Assembly: GCA_964036045.1 (NCBI GenBank)
Contig: OZ038379.1
Coordinates: 13,702,001 to 13,766,000, forward strand
Length of the DNA stretch: 64,000 bases
Direction of reading: 5' to 3'
Source of the DNA: Eutreptiella sp. 'Long Island Sound 2002'
Lineage: Eukaryota > Protista > Euglenida
Part shown: one piece after another, positions 24,923 to 35,358 of the stretch
Position numbering within the stretch: the stretch's first letter is position 1
Layout of the letters: each line of letters starts with the position of its first letter
Notes under the pieces: generated by a model
What the model was told of the DNA's origin: nothing
What the model saw: only the letters and a program-made list of their open reading frames with translations
The model's database searches: none
Position numbers and translations under genes: made by a program

Positions 24923-26597
24923 GTGCCTCCCCACCCGAAGCCAGGGGTACGCTTACGCCCCCCCCACCCCCAGGGTTTACCTTAAGGGGGGGGGGTGTCG
25001 AGAGGGGGGACCTAAACGCGGCGGAGAGTGGGCAGCAAAAACCGTAAAACGACCCCGTGGCAACCACCACAACCCCCAGTACGCCAACTACTTGGCTCCA
25101 CTAATGCGGAAACGACACCAGCAAGAGCACCGGCTGCAGCGGCCGGCAGAAAGCAGCGATCCGACGCAACATGCGAAGGGAAGAACGGGTGACTGTCCAG
25201 GGCCCCGGAAAGAAACTGCAACCCGACGGAATGTCACACAGGGGGCTGCCCAACCCGCCCTCCCCTTCGGAGCTGCGGTGAGTTTGATGACCTCTGGCAA
25301 GCCTCGCTAGCCTCAATGCCTACAGACCTGGTCCCCGGTGTGGTGGCCCGGCCCCAACCTTGTGTGCCGCATGTCTCAGACTGTGCCCTGCTGCCCTTGT
25401 GTTTCTGCCACCGTGGCATGTTGTGTGACCTGCAGCGGCTGCCACTGGTGAGCGCAGATACTTCACTGACTGCATTGCGTAGGGCCTCAGCGCCCCCGGT
25501 CAGGACCATGAATTGATGTGGCCGTGTGTGTTTGTGCGGGTGAAAAACATTCAGGTACATGTGCGTGTGTTGGGCTTCACTGCGCCTGAGTCGCCCAGGG
25601 TCTGTCGTGGCCTGCAGCTTCGAGCTGTGGCTCTGGCCCCGAAACCCTGGAAATTGCTGTTTGCATGCTGGACAGTGGCCACACAGTGGCACTGGGGAAT
25701 TTTCGAAATTTTGAATTTTCCCTGAAACCCTGTATCGGCCCTGGGTTGGGTATGGGCCATCATTTGGTTACAACATAAGTACCCCCCCCCCCCTTGTATA
25801 AGCTATGCCCTTGTCCAAGCTACAGTAGGCGTAGAGACTGTAATAATTGTGTACGTAATTTTAATTGCGTACGAAATGTAGTGTGGCCACATGAGACATG
25901 GGTTTGTCGTTTTGAAGTTGCCCGAGCCCAAACCAGCCCCTAAGCCTCAGCCAAAGGCATCTTCAAGTGGTGAGCATGTGCAATTGTTCCGCATGGTGTA
26001 TGATCCCAAGAAGGGTTTCCAAGCTGAACATTTGTAGGCTTCGCCAGGACGTTTTTTAGCAGACAAGATTTTTTTTTTTTTTTTTAGTTAAAAAACGTGG
26101 TCTTGGCGTAGTAGAAAAACTTTGTCTCGTACGGTTCACTGTTTGTGCCTGGTGCACCCAGTGAGCTGACCTTTGCTATGCCCCCACCCTCTCCCCCATT
26201 TGCCTTTTCTTTCCTCACAGGTATGCTCCCCTGTGCACATCAATGTCCTCCGATTTTGCTGAGATTGCCAGATATGCTTTGTGTGCCTGCTTGCAGGGGG
26301 GGGGGGGGATTGAGGTCCGCAATTTTTTGCAATTTTCTGCTTACGACATCGCAATCCCTGCGGTTGGTGTTGAGGCCGGGGGGGGGGGGGAATTGCACAG
26401 GGCTGGACTGTGGGAACTATTTGAAATTTCTGTATGGCATTGAACGGTGACGATGGTACTGATGCTTGTAGCGCGCGCACTTTAGCTGCAGCATCCCAGA
26501 AAAACTGGATGCGTGTTTGCTTCCCTCTCTTTTCCTTTTTGCCTTGCCCCGCATTTCACCTCATTTCTGGTGCAGTGCATTTTCTTTGTTTATTTCC

Positions 26598-29249
26598 ATG
26601 GTGAAAACAAAGGCTACGACCAAAAGTCAAAAGGGGAAGCAAAAACGCATCGAGTTCGTCCGCGAAGTTGCAGCTGAAGTGAGCGCACTACAAGCTGCTG
26701 AACGCCGTCGGGCTGCGGACGAAAGGGCGCAGCTACGCAAAGGCCCGCGTGTCATCGTCAATTTGGACCCCGGAAATTCTCCTCCGCCTTCTGATTCCGA
26801 CGAGGCAGAGCTGCTGGAGAATTTCCGTGCCGGGCAGGATCCATTTGCACCTGGAGCCGGCCGGTCACCGTTCAACGTCAGTCAATGGAGACAGGGAAAA
26901 GTGCCACTTTGGGCCGAGATGCCGTGGATTGTCCCCACTACATTGGGACTCATGTGCTTGATTTGTGCTGGGGTTACCGCTGTAAAAACCGGGTGCAAAT
27001 GGTCTGAAGGTACAGCCTGTCCCTCAAAAATAAAGGGACAAGCTCAGCAGCATTGTAAGAATGCGAAGCACAACGAAGCAATGCAAGCTGCTCGTGACGT
27101 TTCCGCGTTACGCCATTTGCTGCCCATCGACATTTTGTACCCGTGGGCCGAAATCAATGCAGCTGGTACCAAGTGTACGCTTTGTGAGGCTGCGCACGAA
27201 CCGAAATATGGCCCCTGGAGGCTGGGGGAGGAACCCAGTGCATGGGTGTTGGGCAGGGGTTCAAAGCAGCGCGCGGATCTTGATGCTCATGAGCGTTCCC
27301 CTGCGCATCGAAAGGCGATGCCACAGCCTGTGGCACCCCCCCAGGCCAGCCCTGAACGGGCACCCCGCAAAATTCCGGCACCACTGGTGCGTGCAACGGT
27401 CAATACGTATGGCACCCTCAAGGCTGGCAAAGGGTACAGATTTTTCCGAGAGGTGGCACGTCTGGATCATGTAAAACACGGTGGTTGGGGAATGCAGACG
27501 TACCACAGCACTGCCACGTACGAGCGACTTCGTCGTATGATCATCCGCCAGGGGAAGAAGCGAACCAGGGCTGCAGTTCTACAGTATCCTGCTCTGGCTC
27601 TCATTTTGGATGCGGGGACGCGCCGATCCGCAAAATCGGAACCCTTGGCAGTCCTCGTTCGAAATTTGGATGGTGAAGTCTTTGTGGGTGTCCTGGACAT
27701 GGATTCTGAGGCTGCTGCAAGCTCAACAGATTGTGACAGGGCTGATGCAGCTGCATATTTCAGATGTGTCCAGGACATTTTTGAAAAATTGGACATTCCC
27801 TGGGAACTGATTGAAAAACGCTTCGTGGCAGTGGTCTCAGATGGGGCCACAGTCATGGGTTCGTTTGTGGATCTGCTGAATATGAAACGGTCCACAGAAA
27901 ACCGCATTGTCTGGGTCCGCGATGCAGCCCATTGCCTTATGCGTGCCATTGCCACTGCTAAAGGCGCTTGCAAGCAATGGTTCCAGGCATTGGATCAAAC
28001 GGTTGCTTTCCTTGCAGTTTTTTACCGCACTTCATCCAAAAGGATGAGGGGTTTGCAACGGCATGGTGCTGTCCACTGTTTTGAACGGCGCACAGGCGTT
28101 CGCTGGGTGGAATCCCTGGCCCGTGAATTGCACATAGTTCTGTGTAATTTGTCAGCCATCCAGTTGCACCTGCCTGAATATATTAAAGTGGAATCTGATG
28201 GGGAGCGCCGTCACAAGGCCGAAGATCTCCTTGCGGCAGTGATGGCACCCCTATTTCAGGTGACCTGCGCTTTTTTCTGTGATGTTTTTGAGGTGGTTTG
28301 CGTGACCAGTAAACTGGCTCAGCGGAAATCGGACCTCAGAATCAATGTTGTACGTGGCATGGTTAAAGTACTTTGTACACAGCTTATTAGCATGCAAACG
28401 CATGTTGTTCCGGGGGGCTGGGAGGATCAGCTTGCCTTTGACCCACAGTCCAGCCCTGTGCGCGGCTCCCGTCTCCATTTCCTTCGCGCTCTTGTAGCAG
28501 ACCTTGAAAAGCGGTTTTCAGAGGGAGAGTGGGTCCAGGCAGAGGGTGTGGAAGAATGGGTGGAGGCATCTTCATGCTCCTGTGAGCGCATCTTCAGTTA
28601 CGTGACAGCATGTGACCGTGGACAAACAATGGAACGCATGTGTGAAACATTGTGGGTGCGTTGCAATGGTGTTGAAGTAGAAGACTGGTGTCCGACCGAG
28701 GTGTTTGACGAGTTGCGATTGACACAGTTTCGACCAAGGATCCTCAAACAACCGTCCAAGTCACAGGTGCAGGTGGATGATGGTTCCCTGTTACTTTTTG
28801 AAGCTTATAAAGATCTTGAGGTTCAGTCAGTTTTGCCCATGGACCTGGATTTGGATGAAGAAATTAGACGTTTGTGGGCCGTCCCGCGTAGGGCAAGCAA
28901 GGGCAAAACAGCATGTACAGCCAGTGTACCGGAAATTCAGGCCATATATGGTGTTGAAGGGGATCCTGACTCTGACGTAGAGGAGGATATACCCGATTTC
29001 CCTGTGTGTCTTACCCCTGTGGAACCTGTTGCAACCCCACCCATGCAACCTGAGCCTGTGAGGGTGTCAACGTATTTGAATTTTCAGTATGGTGTGGACA
29101 GTGCTGTCCGCAAGGCGATTGCGCAGCGTACCATCCATGAATGGACTGTCCAGGAATTGCGGTCTATTTGCCGTGGTCATGCGCTGAACGTGCGCGGGTG
29201 CAAGAGTGACCTTTTGCAGAGGGTCATTGCACATTTCGGCAAGAAGTGA
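26598..29249 (+). CDS. hAT-like transposase (883 aa) with N-terminal Zn-finger-like region and C-terminal SAP domain
   Basis: Uninterrupted ORF. LILDAGT (D), VVSDGATVMG (D), DAAH at the CxxH position, RW, CSCERIFS (E). Ends with WTVQELRSICRGHALNVRGCKSDLLQRV (SAP pattern). Confidence 0.85.
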   Translation: MVKTKATTKSQKGKQKRIEFVREVAAEVSALQAAERRRAADERAQLRKGPRVIVNLDPGNSPPPSDSDEAELLENFRAGQDPFAPGAGRSPFNVSQWRQGKVPLWAEMPWIVPTTLGLMCLICAGVTAVKTGCKWSEGTACPSKIKGQAQQHCKNAKHNEAMQAARDVSALRHLLPIDILYPWAEINAAGTKCTLCEAAHEPKYGPWRLGEEPSAWVLGRGSKQRADLDAHERSPAHRKAMPQPVAPPQASPERAPRKIPAPLVRATVNTYGTLKAGKGYRFFREVARLDHVKHGGWGMQTYHSTATYERLRRMIIRQGKKRTRAAVLQYPALALILDAGTRRSAKSEPLAVLVRNLDGEVFVGVLDMDSEAAASSTDCDRADAAAYFRCVQDIFEKLDIPWELIEKRFVAVVSDGATVMGSFVDLLNMKRSTENRIVWVRDAAHCLMRAIATAKGACKQWFQALDQTVAFLAVFYRTSSKRMRGLQRHGAVHCFERRTGVRWVESLARELHIVLCNLSAIQLHLPEYIKVESDGERRHKAEDLLAAVMAPLFQVTCAFFCDVFEVVCVTSKLAQRKSDLRINVVRGMVKVLCTQLISMQTHVVPGGWEDQLAFDPQSSPVRGSRLHFLRALVADLEKRFSEGEWVQAEGVEEWVEASSCSCERIFSYVTACDRGQTMERMCETLWVRCNGVEVEDWCPTEVFDELRLTQFRPRILKQPSKSQVQVDDGSLLLFEAYKDLEVQSVLPMDLDLDEEIRRLWAVPRRASKGKTACTASVPEIQAIYGVEGDPDSDVEEDIPDFPVCLTPVEPVATPPMQPEPVRVSTYLNFQYGVDSAVRKAIAQRTIHEWTVQELRSICRGHALNVRGCKSDLLQRVIAHFGKK

Positions 29250-29312
29250 CCACAGTGAATGGTTTATGTGAATCTGAGTTTCAATGCTTGCAGATTGCTT
29301 AGTACAGATTAC

Positions 29313-29529
29313 AGCAACCATCCAGAGGCTACCAGGAAACAACAGCAACCATCCAGAGGCCACCAGGAAATAACAGCAACCATCCAGAGGCCACCAGGAA
29401 ATAACAGCAACCATCCAGAGGCCACCAGGAAAGAACAGCAACCATCCAGAGGCCACCAGGAAAGAACAGCAACCATCCAGAGGCCACCAGGAAAGAACAG
29501 CAACCATCCAGAGGCCACCAAGAAATAAC
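29313..29529. repeat. Seven tandem 31-bp units (AGCAACCATCCAGAGGCCACCAGGAAAKAAC) in the hAT subterminal region
   Basis: Unit starts at 29313, 29344, 29375 and onward; diverged relatives at about 7680-7790 and 50330-50440. Confidence 0.95.
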
Positions 29530-31596
29530 AACTACAGTGCCCACTATGTAAAAATGGCTGGTAACCAGACGCTCCTGCTTTTTTTTTTTTTTCTCAATTA
29601 AAAAACGTCCTGGGCCCCAGGCGGCTGGGCGTGGGGGGAGAACACGTAGCCTTACAGCCGCGAGGTGCTGTCTCTGCACGGAGGGGTTGGCCAGGGGCGA
29701 GGAGGACAGAGGGTTTGGTTTGGGTGAGGTGAACTCCCCCCCCCCCCACCCCCGGACGCCCAGACCCATGGTCATCGCCCTGTGCGACTCGACTGGGTTG
29801 GGCGCTCCCGGCTGTCGCGGTCTCAAGGCGTGCTGGACTGCTGACAGCCCTCGAACCCCGCGGTGGCACACGCGGGAGGGAGATACCGCCGTGCCTGTGT
29901 GTGTGGCGTGTACGCTGCTGGGGTGCCTTTGGGTCTGGGGGCGGGGGGAGGCACGTGCGCATGGGGCGGTCTGTCGCCTGGTGCTTCAGGTGCAGGCAGG
30001 GAGGCAGTGGGCGCCTGACGCTAAGCCCGCCGGTGGAGTCATCGGCCTGGACACGCCTCCTCCAGGTCAACTGACATGCCGCTGGCCACCCCACAACTGC
30101 CTGGGGCACGGGGGCGGCTAAGCCTCACACTCGACTGGGGGCTGCCCGCACTCCTTGACTGCGTTGGCACAGGCGGTGCTGCTCAGGGCTGAGTGGCGTC
30201 CCACGGTGGATTGGCTGCGCGGTTGGAGGGCCCCCGGGGCACGCTTAGCGCTGCCCTGCCCCAGGGCCCGCCCGGGTTGTTCACCCGAGTGGCGGTGCTA
30301 CTGTCCACGGAGGTGGGAGGGGGGCAGAGGGCACACCGCCCGAATGACCGCTCCCTTTAGGAGGAGGGGCGGGAGGGGGGGCCTTCAGTCCTCGGGGTGG
30401 GGTCAGCCACTCCTGGGCCTGGCAAGTCTTCTGATGAGTTCATTGCATGTAATGTGTATCAGGTATCGTTACTGCTCCCCAGCCCTCCCCTCACCACCTT
30501 TGCCATCACATGGAGGCCTCACGGGAGTTGTTTGTCAAAGCATGGGCTGTTGCAGTTGTGTGTGTTTTACTGCATATTTCCCTTGCAGACACCCCCCTTG
30601 TGCAGACTCTGGGGCGTATTCCCGTCGTTTCCCCTTAATCTTGTCCGTAGGGCAAGAGGTACTGTGCGGTGCCACGTCTTGTGCCCGTTTCCCGCCCTAA
30701 TCATGGAGCCGGTCCCAATCTGTCATCCAATTCCAAGGCTTCTTTGAACACCTCCACACTCTTTGGGTGTCGAGCATTGCTGTGCTTGTCTGGGCCAGTC
30801 TGGGCCAAACCAGAGGGTCCATCTCCCTCCCACCTCCAGCTCTGTGCTCAGACTTTAGGATCCACAGACCCTCAGCCCGAGTGCAGAGGCATTGGCCACC
30901 GCCGTGGGGGGCCACCAGGCCCGGGCCCTTGACGCCGACCCCCCCCCCCCCCCAAAGTGGCACAGAAGTGCCGGCCGTCGGCGCGGGAAAGAACATTTTT
31001 TTGCTACGGGAGGGGGTCAAAATGGTTCCCCCCCCCCCCATATCTCTCTGGGACGTTACGTTTCATGCCAACACGGAGCGTTTTCGGGGGTCGGTGCCTT
31101 TGTTGCCTCATTTGTGCCCGCTGAGTGTCCCGGAGGTAGGGGTATGTGGGGTATATTCGGAAAGCCCTTGAAAAGGGCTATTTGGAACACCCTGGGTCTG
31201 CATGCTGTACTGACGAGATGTTAGAGATTTTCGTCCGTTTCGGTTCATGCACGAGCTGCTTGCTGCCTCCTTTTGTCAATAGGCAGCTACCATGTCTGCA
31301 TACAAATTCACACAACGTGCTGTTGCCTCCCCCAATGCACCACAGAAACCTTTGGTGCGCAAAAGTCGTGCAAACACCGAAAAGTTTGGCCTCGATGCTC
31401 AAAAATATCGTCAGCTACCCCCCCCTAACCCATGCATTTCTGAAATGGCCTTTTCTCACAGATTTCAAAAAGTATACACATACCCCCCCTACGGACTGAA
31501 ATTTTGGTGCTCTGGACGAAAAATGGAGAAAACCCTGAAAATACACGAATTTGCTCCGCGTTGGCATATTCTGAATGTCCCCGAGAGATATGTCTA

Positions 31597-31841
31597 GGGG
31601 GAGTATCAGACGCGGTGCGCGCGCGGTGCATGCGCGGTGCGGGTACTGGGGTTGTTCCGTAGACCCTTTCATCTAGAGCCAATCAGGGGGAATGGTAACG
31701 CCTCAGAGCCCAGCAGGTACCATCTACAACTCCTCTCCCCGTAGACCATCTCCTGGAGAAGTTGTTCAAATACCTGACGCGGTGCGCGCACGGTGCGCGC
31801 GCGGTGCATGCGCGGTGCGCGCGCGGTGCGGATACTCCCCC
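31597..31841. mobile_element. MITE with GGGGGAGTATC TIR and CTA 3-bp TSD (PIF/Harbinger-like)
   Basis: cta|GGGGGAGTATC ... GATACTCCCCC|cta; subterminal GCGCGGTGC repeats. Confidence 0.75.
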
Positions 31842-32871
31842 CTAGACTCAAAATACTGACAATTTTATAGAGAATTCAATCATGGACGAAAATCTTGGGG
31901 AAAAAATTGACCCTCCCCCTCCCCAACCTCTATCCAGGGTTCGGGCTGAGCAGGGTGGGTTCGAGCAGAGCGAGGTGAAAGGGACGCCACGGAGACACGG
32001 AACAGTCAAGAAATAAAAAAGCAGGGCGCCGTAGCGCCCCTGAGCCACAGGCACAACATGTTGTCACGTGTTGCACAGCCAAAGCACGACTGGGGCGGCG
32101 AGAGTGCGGCCCATGTGAGGAAGACGAAAGCAAGTAGGCATGAATGTGTGGGCGGCATGCGCATGCAGCGTGGGGAGCAGACGTGGTATGCGCCACACGC
32201 ACAACAGCAATGATTTGTTGAGTTGCCTGACAGACGGAGCGCATGCTGAAATACTGAGACGCCTTTGCGCCAACCAAGGCGCCATTGCGCCCCTAAGGAT
32301 GGAGTATGACACGACCTCACGACCTGCGGGGCCAGGGTTAGAGACTAACCGGCACTGTGGGTGGGTGGTGGGTGCGAGCTGACCTCGATGTCCAGAGGAA
32401 CAGTGCCAATGCACAGCCAGCAGCCACCTGGTGTGGTACAGAACTGGTCTACGCTGCAGTGCAGCAAGCAATACACTGAACAATGTGGTTATGACCATGC
32501 GCCTGTGACACGGGGGCGTATGCGAGCCCAGTTTCCGTTGCCTCATGGCCAACCTCTATCCCCATCCCAGCGACTGGGGCCTCCATGTCAGCGGTGAAAA
32601 AATTTTTTGAACAATTTCTTACCCCAACATACATACCTCAAAATGATAAGCACAACGAGGCGGTCATTTTAAGCCATATATGTTGTGGTCCGGGAGCCCC
32701 CCCCCCCCCCCCCGGAAATGCACTACACACACGCCACAGAACACGGGTTCGAACCCAGGTCCCGGTTGGCCTGCCGTGGAGCCGTCGCTTTTGTTTTTCT
32801 GGGAAGCTTGCCTAACAATGGGAGGGTGTAGGCTCTTACCTAAACGGGCCAAGAAACATTCGATAGCCGCT

Positions 32872-33572
32872 GAGGGTGCCTCGCGCGCGGTGCGGGTGCG
32901 CGGTGCGATTTTAGCCCGGTTGGCGTAGAATGGCGGTACCATGGAATGTTGCCCCAAAGCGGTCATAGGGGCCTGAGCATTGCATTTAGGTGCCCAATTG
33001 TTGTGTTTGTGTGGGGTCTAGCATGTTGGGGTCTCAGGTTGGGTAGCAGGCACCTTGTAGACTCGAAATTTTCGGTTTCGCCTCCTTTGCTTTCAACAGG
33101 ACACATGGCAATGAATGCTGACTTGTTGCCGCCCGGTCATGGTGCATGCGGTGGTACATATTCAGCAGTTTGCGCTATCAGCCGTTTGGCCCTTGGAATC
33201 ATTTCCCGGATGAAATTTTTGACCAGTCTGCGGTGGAACCTAACACAGATTCGTCAGAGAGTTCCTCAAGCTCTAGTGATGACTCAGGTGATGAGAATGG
33301 CACCTCATGCTCTGACGATCCTTGCGAGGACGACACATAGGTGTCCATATATATCGCCGTTCAGTGTATGAACACGAACGAATTCTGCGCATGACGGAAG
33401 ACATTTGGTTGACAACACTCATTCTGTCGTTACCGTCTTCTGTGTAGATCCTTGTCACCGTTTTCTGTGGTGTTTGTGTGGCGTTGTTACCTGAAAAAGT
33501 GGTGCAATAATCCGACTCTTGATAGCGGGCTAAAGCGCGCGGTGCGGGCGCGCGGTGCCTTGAGGCACCCTC
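32872..33572. mobile_element. Non-autonomous element with 11-bp TIR GAGGGTGCCTC and GCT TSD
   Basis: gct|GAGGGTGCCTC ... GAGGCACCCTC|gct; GCGCGGTGC repeats at both ends. Confidence 0.8.
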
Positions 33573-34431
33573 GCTGACTTCAGTGAGCTCAAGGCAACAT
33601 TCGGCCCTCGTTTGAGGTGTGCTCAAACAACGAATTGAGATTTGTGGCGATGACCATATGCCCGTGACGCGGGGGTATATGCAAGCTCTGTATCCGTTGC
33701 TTTATGGCCCTCCGGACGGCCCCCTGACCCGCCCTGACCCAGCCCCCCCCCCTCCCCCCCCGCCGCCGCCCCTCCCTGAAAATGACAGGAAAGTGGGACG
33801 GCGGCGTATGGACCAACCCCGACGAGCCCCCCGTGTCGGTGATCCGGAACTTCCTGGCCCTGGCCCTCCTGCATCAGTGGTGGGAAGCACCCAATAAATT
33901 TCACGGGCTGGGGATGCCTAACTGCATACCCACTACGGGGGCAGACAGCTGCAAGCACGAGCAGTGGGACAGCCACAAAGCTGCCGCCTCTCCTCTCCCC
34001 TTCCGCCCATACGCCCCAAACCCGTAGAGCCCGAACGAGCCTGACCTTGGATCACATCCAGGGAAAGGAACCAAGGTGTGGCAGAGTGCGCCGTAGTTGA
34101 CTGCCAACTGCCGCTGATTACTGGCGAAAACTTCTCAGTTCCGCCCCCCCCCCCCCCTCCCCTGATGCGCAACGACTGATTCAACGACTGATTGACAGTG
34201 AACCAGACAGCTCACTTCAAACCCCTGTTGGCATCCCTGCCTGGACTGCTATTTATGCCTCATGGTTGGTCCGTTGCACTGTAAAATACCATCCGGAGGC
34301 ACGTCATACCTTCCAATTCTTTTTAAAACGCTGGTTGGTGGTGCTGCGCTCACTTGCACAAGCACGGTGCTATACACACATTTCTGTGGATCAAATCAAA
34401 CTTTTCATTGCGGGCATTGAATCTTTGCAAC

Positions 34432-35358
34432 ATGGAGCCCTCGCACACCCATCCCTCATCATCACCCCCCCCCCCCTCCCCCGCCCCCACCGGCGGCGGC
34501 CAAGGCTCAACGCCGACTGGAACGCAAACAAGAGCGAGCTTCAGAGCTGGAGCAGTTGCTTCCACACTTTCCAACGAAGGCTACACGCTAGTCTTCACCG
34601 ATGGCTCGTCCGAGTTAGTCCCTGGCATTGGTAGAGTGGCAGGCTATGGGATTTTCTCCTCTGATTTATTGTCCATCTCCGCTTACGTTCCAGTGCACTT
34701 ACGCCAAACCAACAACACAGCAGAGCTCTTTGCAGTGCTCCGCGCTATTCAATTATTGCCGCCTGGGCGGTATGCCTTTTGTTCTGATTCTTCCTACGTA
34801 ATTCTAGGTGCGAGCGGTGCGGCCAGGCGCTGGAAACTGCGCGGATGGACAGGCTCCTCCGGCCCAGTGTCCAATGTTGAAATTTGGGAGCAACTCCTCA
34901 GCGAACTAAGCCAGCCAGACAAAACCATTAAATGGGTCAAAGTCCCGTCCCACGTCACAGTGGAGGGCAACAACGAAGCAGACCGGCTGGCGGACCAAGG
35001 CCGCCTCTCCAGCCCACTACACCCCATACTGCACACACCAAGCACCTTTTCTGATTTTTCACCACCACGGTTTACCCCTCTCAAGAAGGCACGTTTTGCA
35101 GCTACGTCAACACATGATCTGTCTGAGGTCTCACGAAAAATTGTCTTTCAATCTCCAGCAGCAGTACGTTTTTCCTCCGTCACTGCAAGTGACATCCTCA
35201 GATCACTAGACCTGGAGCCTTTATCTGACTCTGACGAGTCGGGTACCATATCAGATTATAGCGACTCTGACACCGTCACCGCCGACGACGACAGTGACAA
35301 TGACAGTGCCTACAGCACTGATGTTAGCGACACGAGAAAACGACGCCTCAGCCAGTAG
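34432..35358 (+). CDS. RNase HI domain ORF, probably the 3' end of a decayed non-LTR retrotransposon
   Basis: VFTDGS, TNNTAEL, SDSSY, KVPSH, GNNEADRLA (34579-35001); all four acidic catalytic residues present. Upstream sequence (about 33780-34350) is coding-like but has stops. Confidence 0.85.
   Translation: MEPSHTHPSSSPPPPSPAPTGGGQGSTPTGTQTRASFRAGAVASTLSNEGYTLVFTDGSSELVPGIGRVAGYGIFSSDLLSISAYVPVHLRQTNNTAELFAVLRAIQLLPPGRYAFCSDSSYVILGASGAARRWKLRGWTGSSGPVSNVEIWEQLLSELSQPDKTIKWVKVPSHVTVEGNNEADRLADQGRLSSPLHPILHTPSTFSDFSPPRFTPLKKARFAATSTHDLSEVSRKIVFQSPAAVRFSSVTASDILRSLDLEPLSDSDESGTISDYSDSDTVTADDDSDNDSAYSTDVSDTRKRRLSQ

Larger units (their letters stand above)
26044..29613 (+). mobile_element. hAT-superfamily DNA transposon, apparently full length
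   Basis: 15-bp TIR CCAGGACGTTTTTTA (26044-26058) and TAAAAAACGTCCTGG (29599-29613) around an intact transposase ORF. No 8-bp TSD recognisable. Confidence 0.75.
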
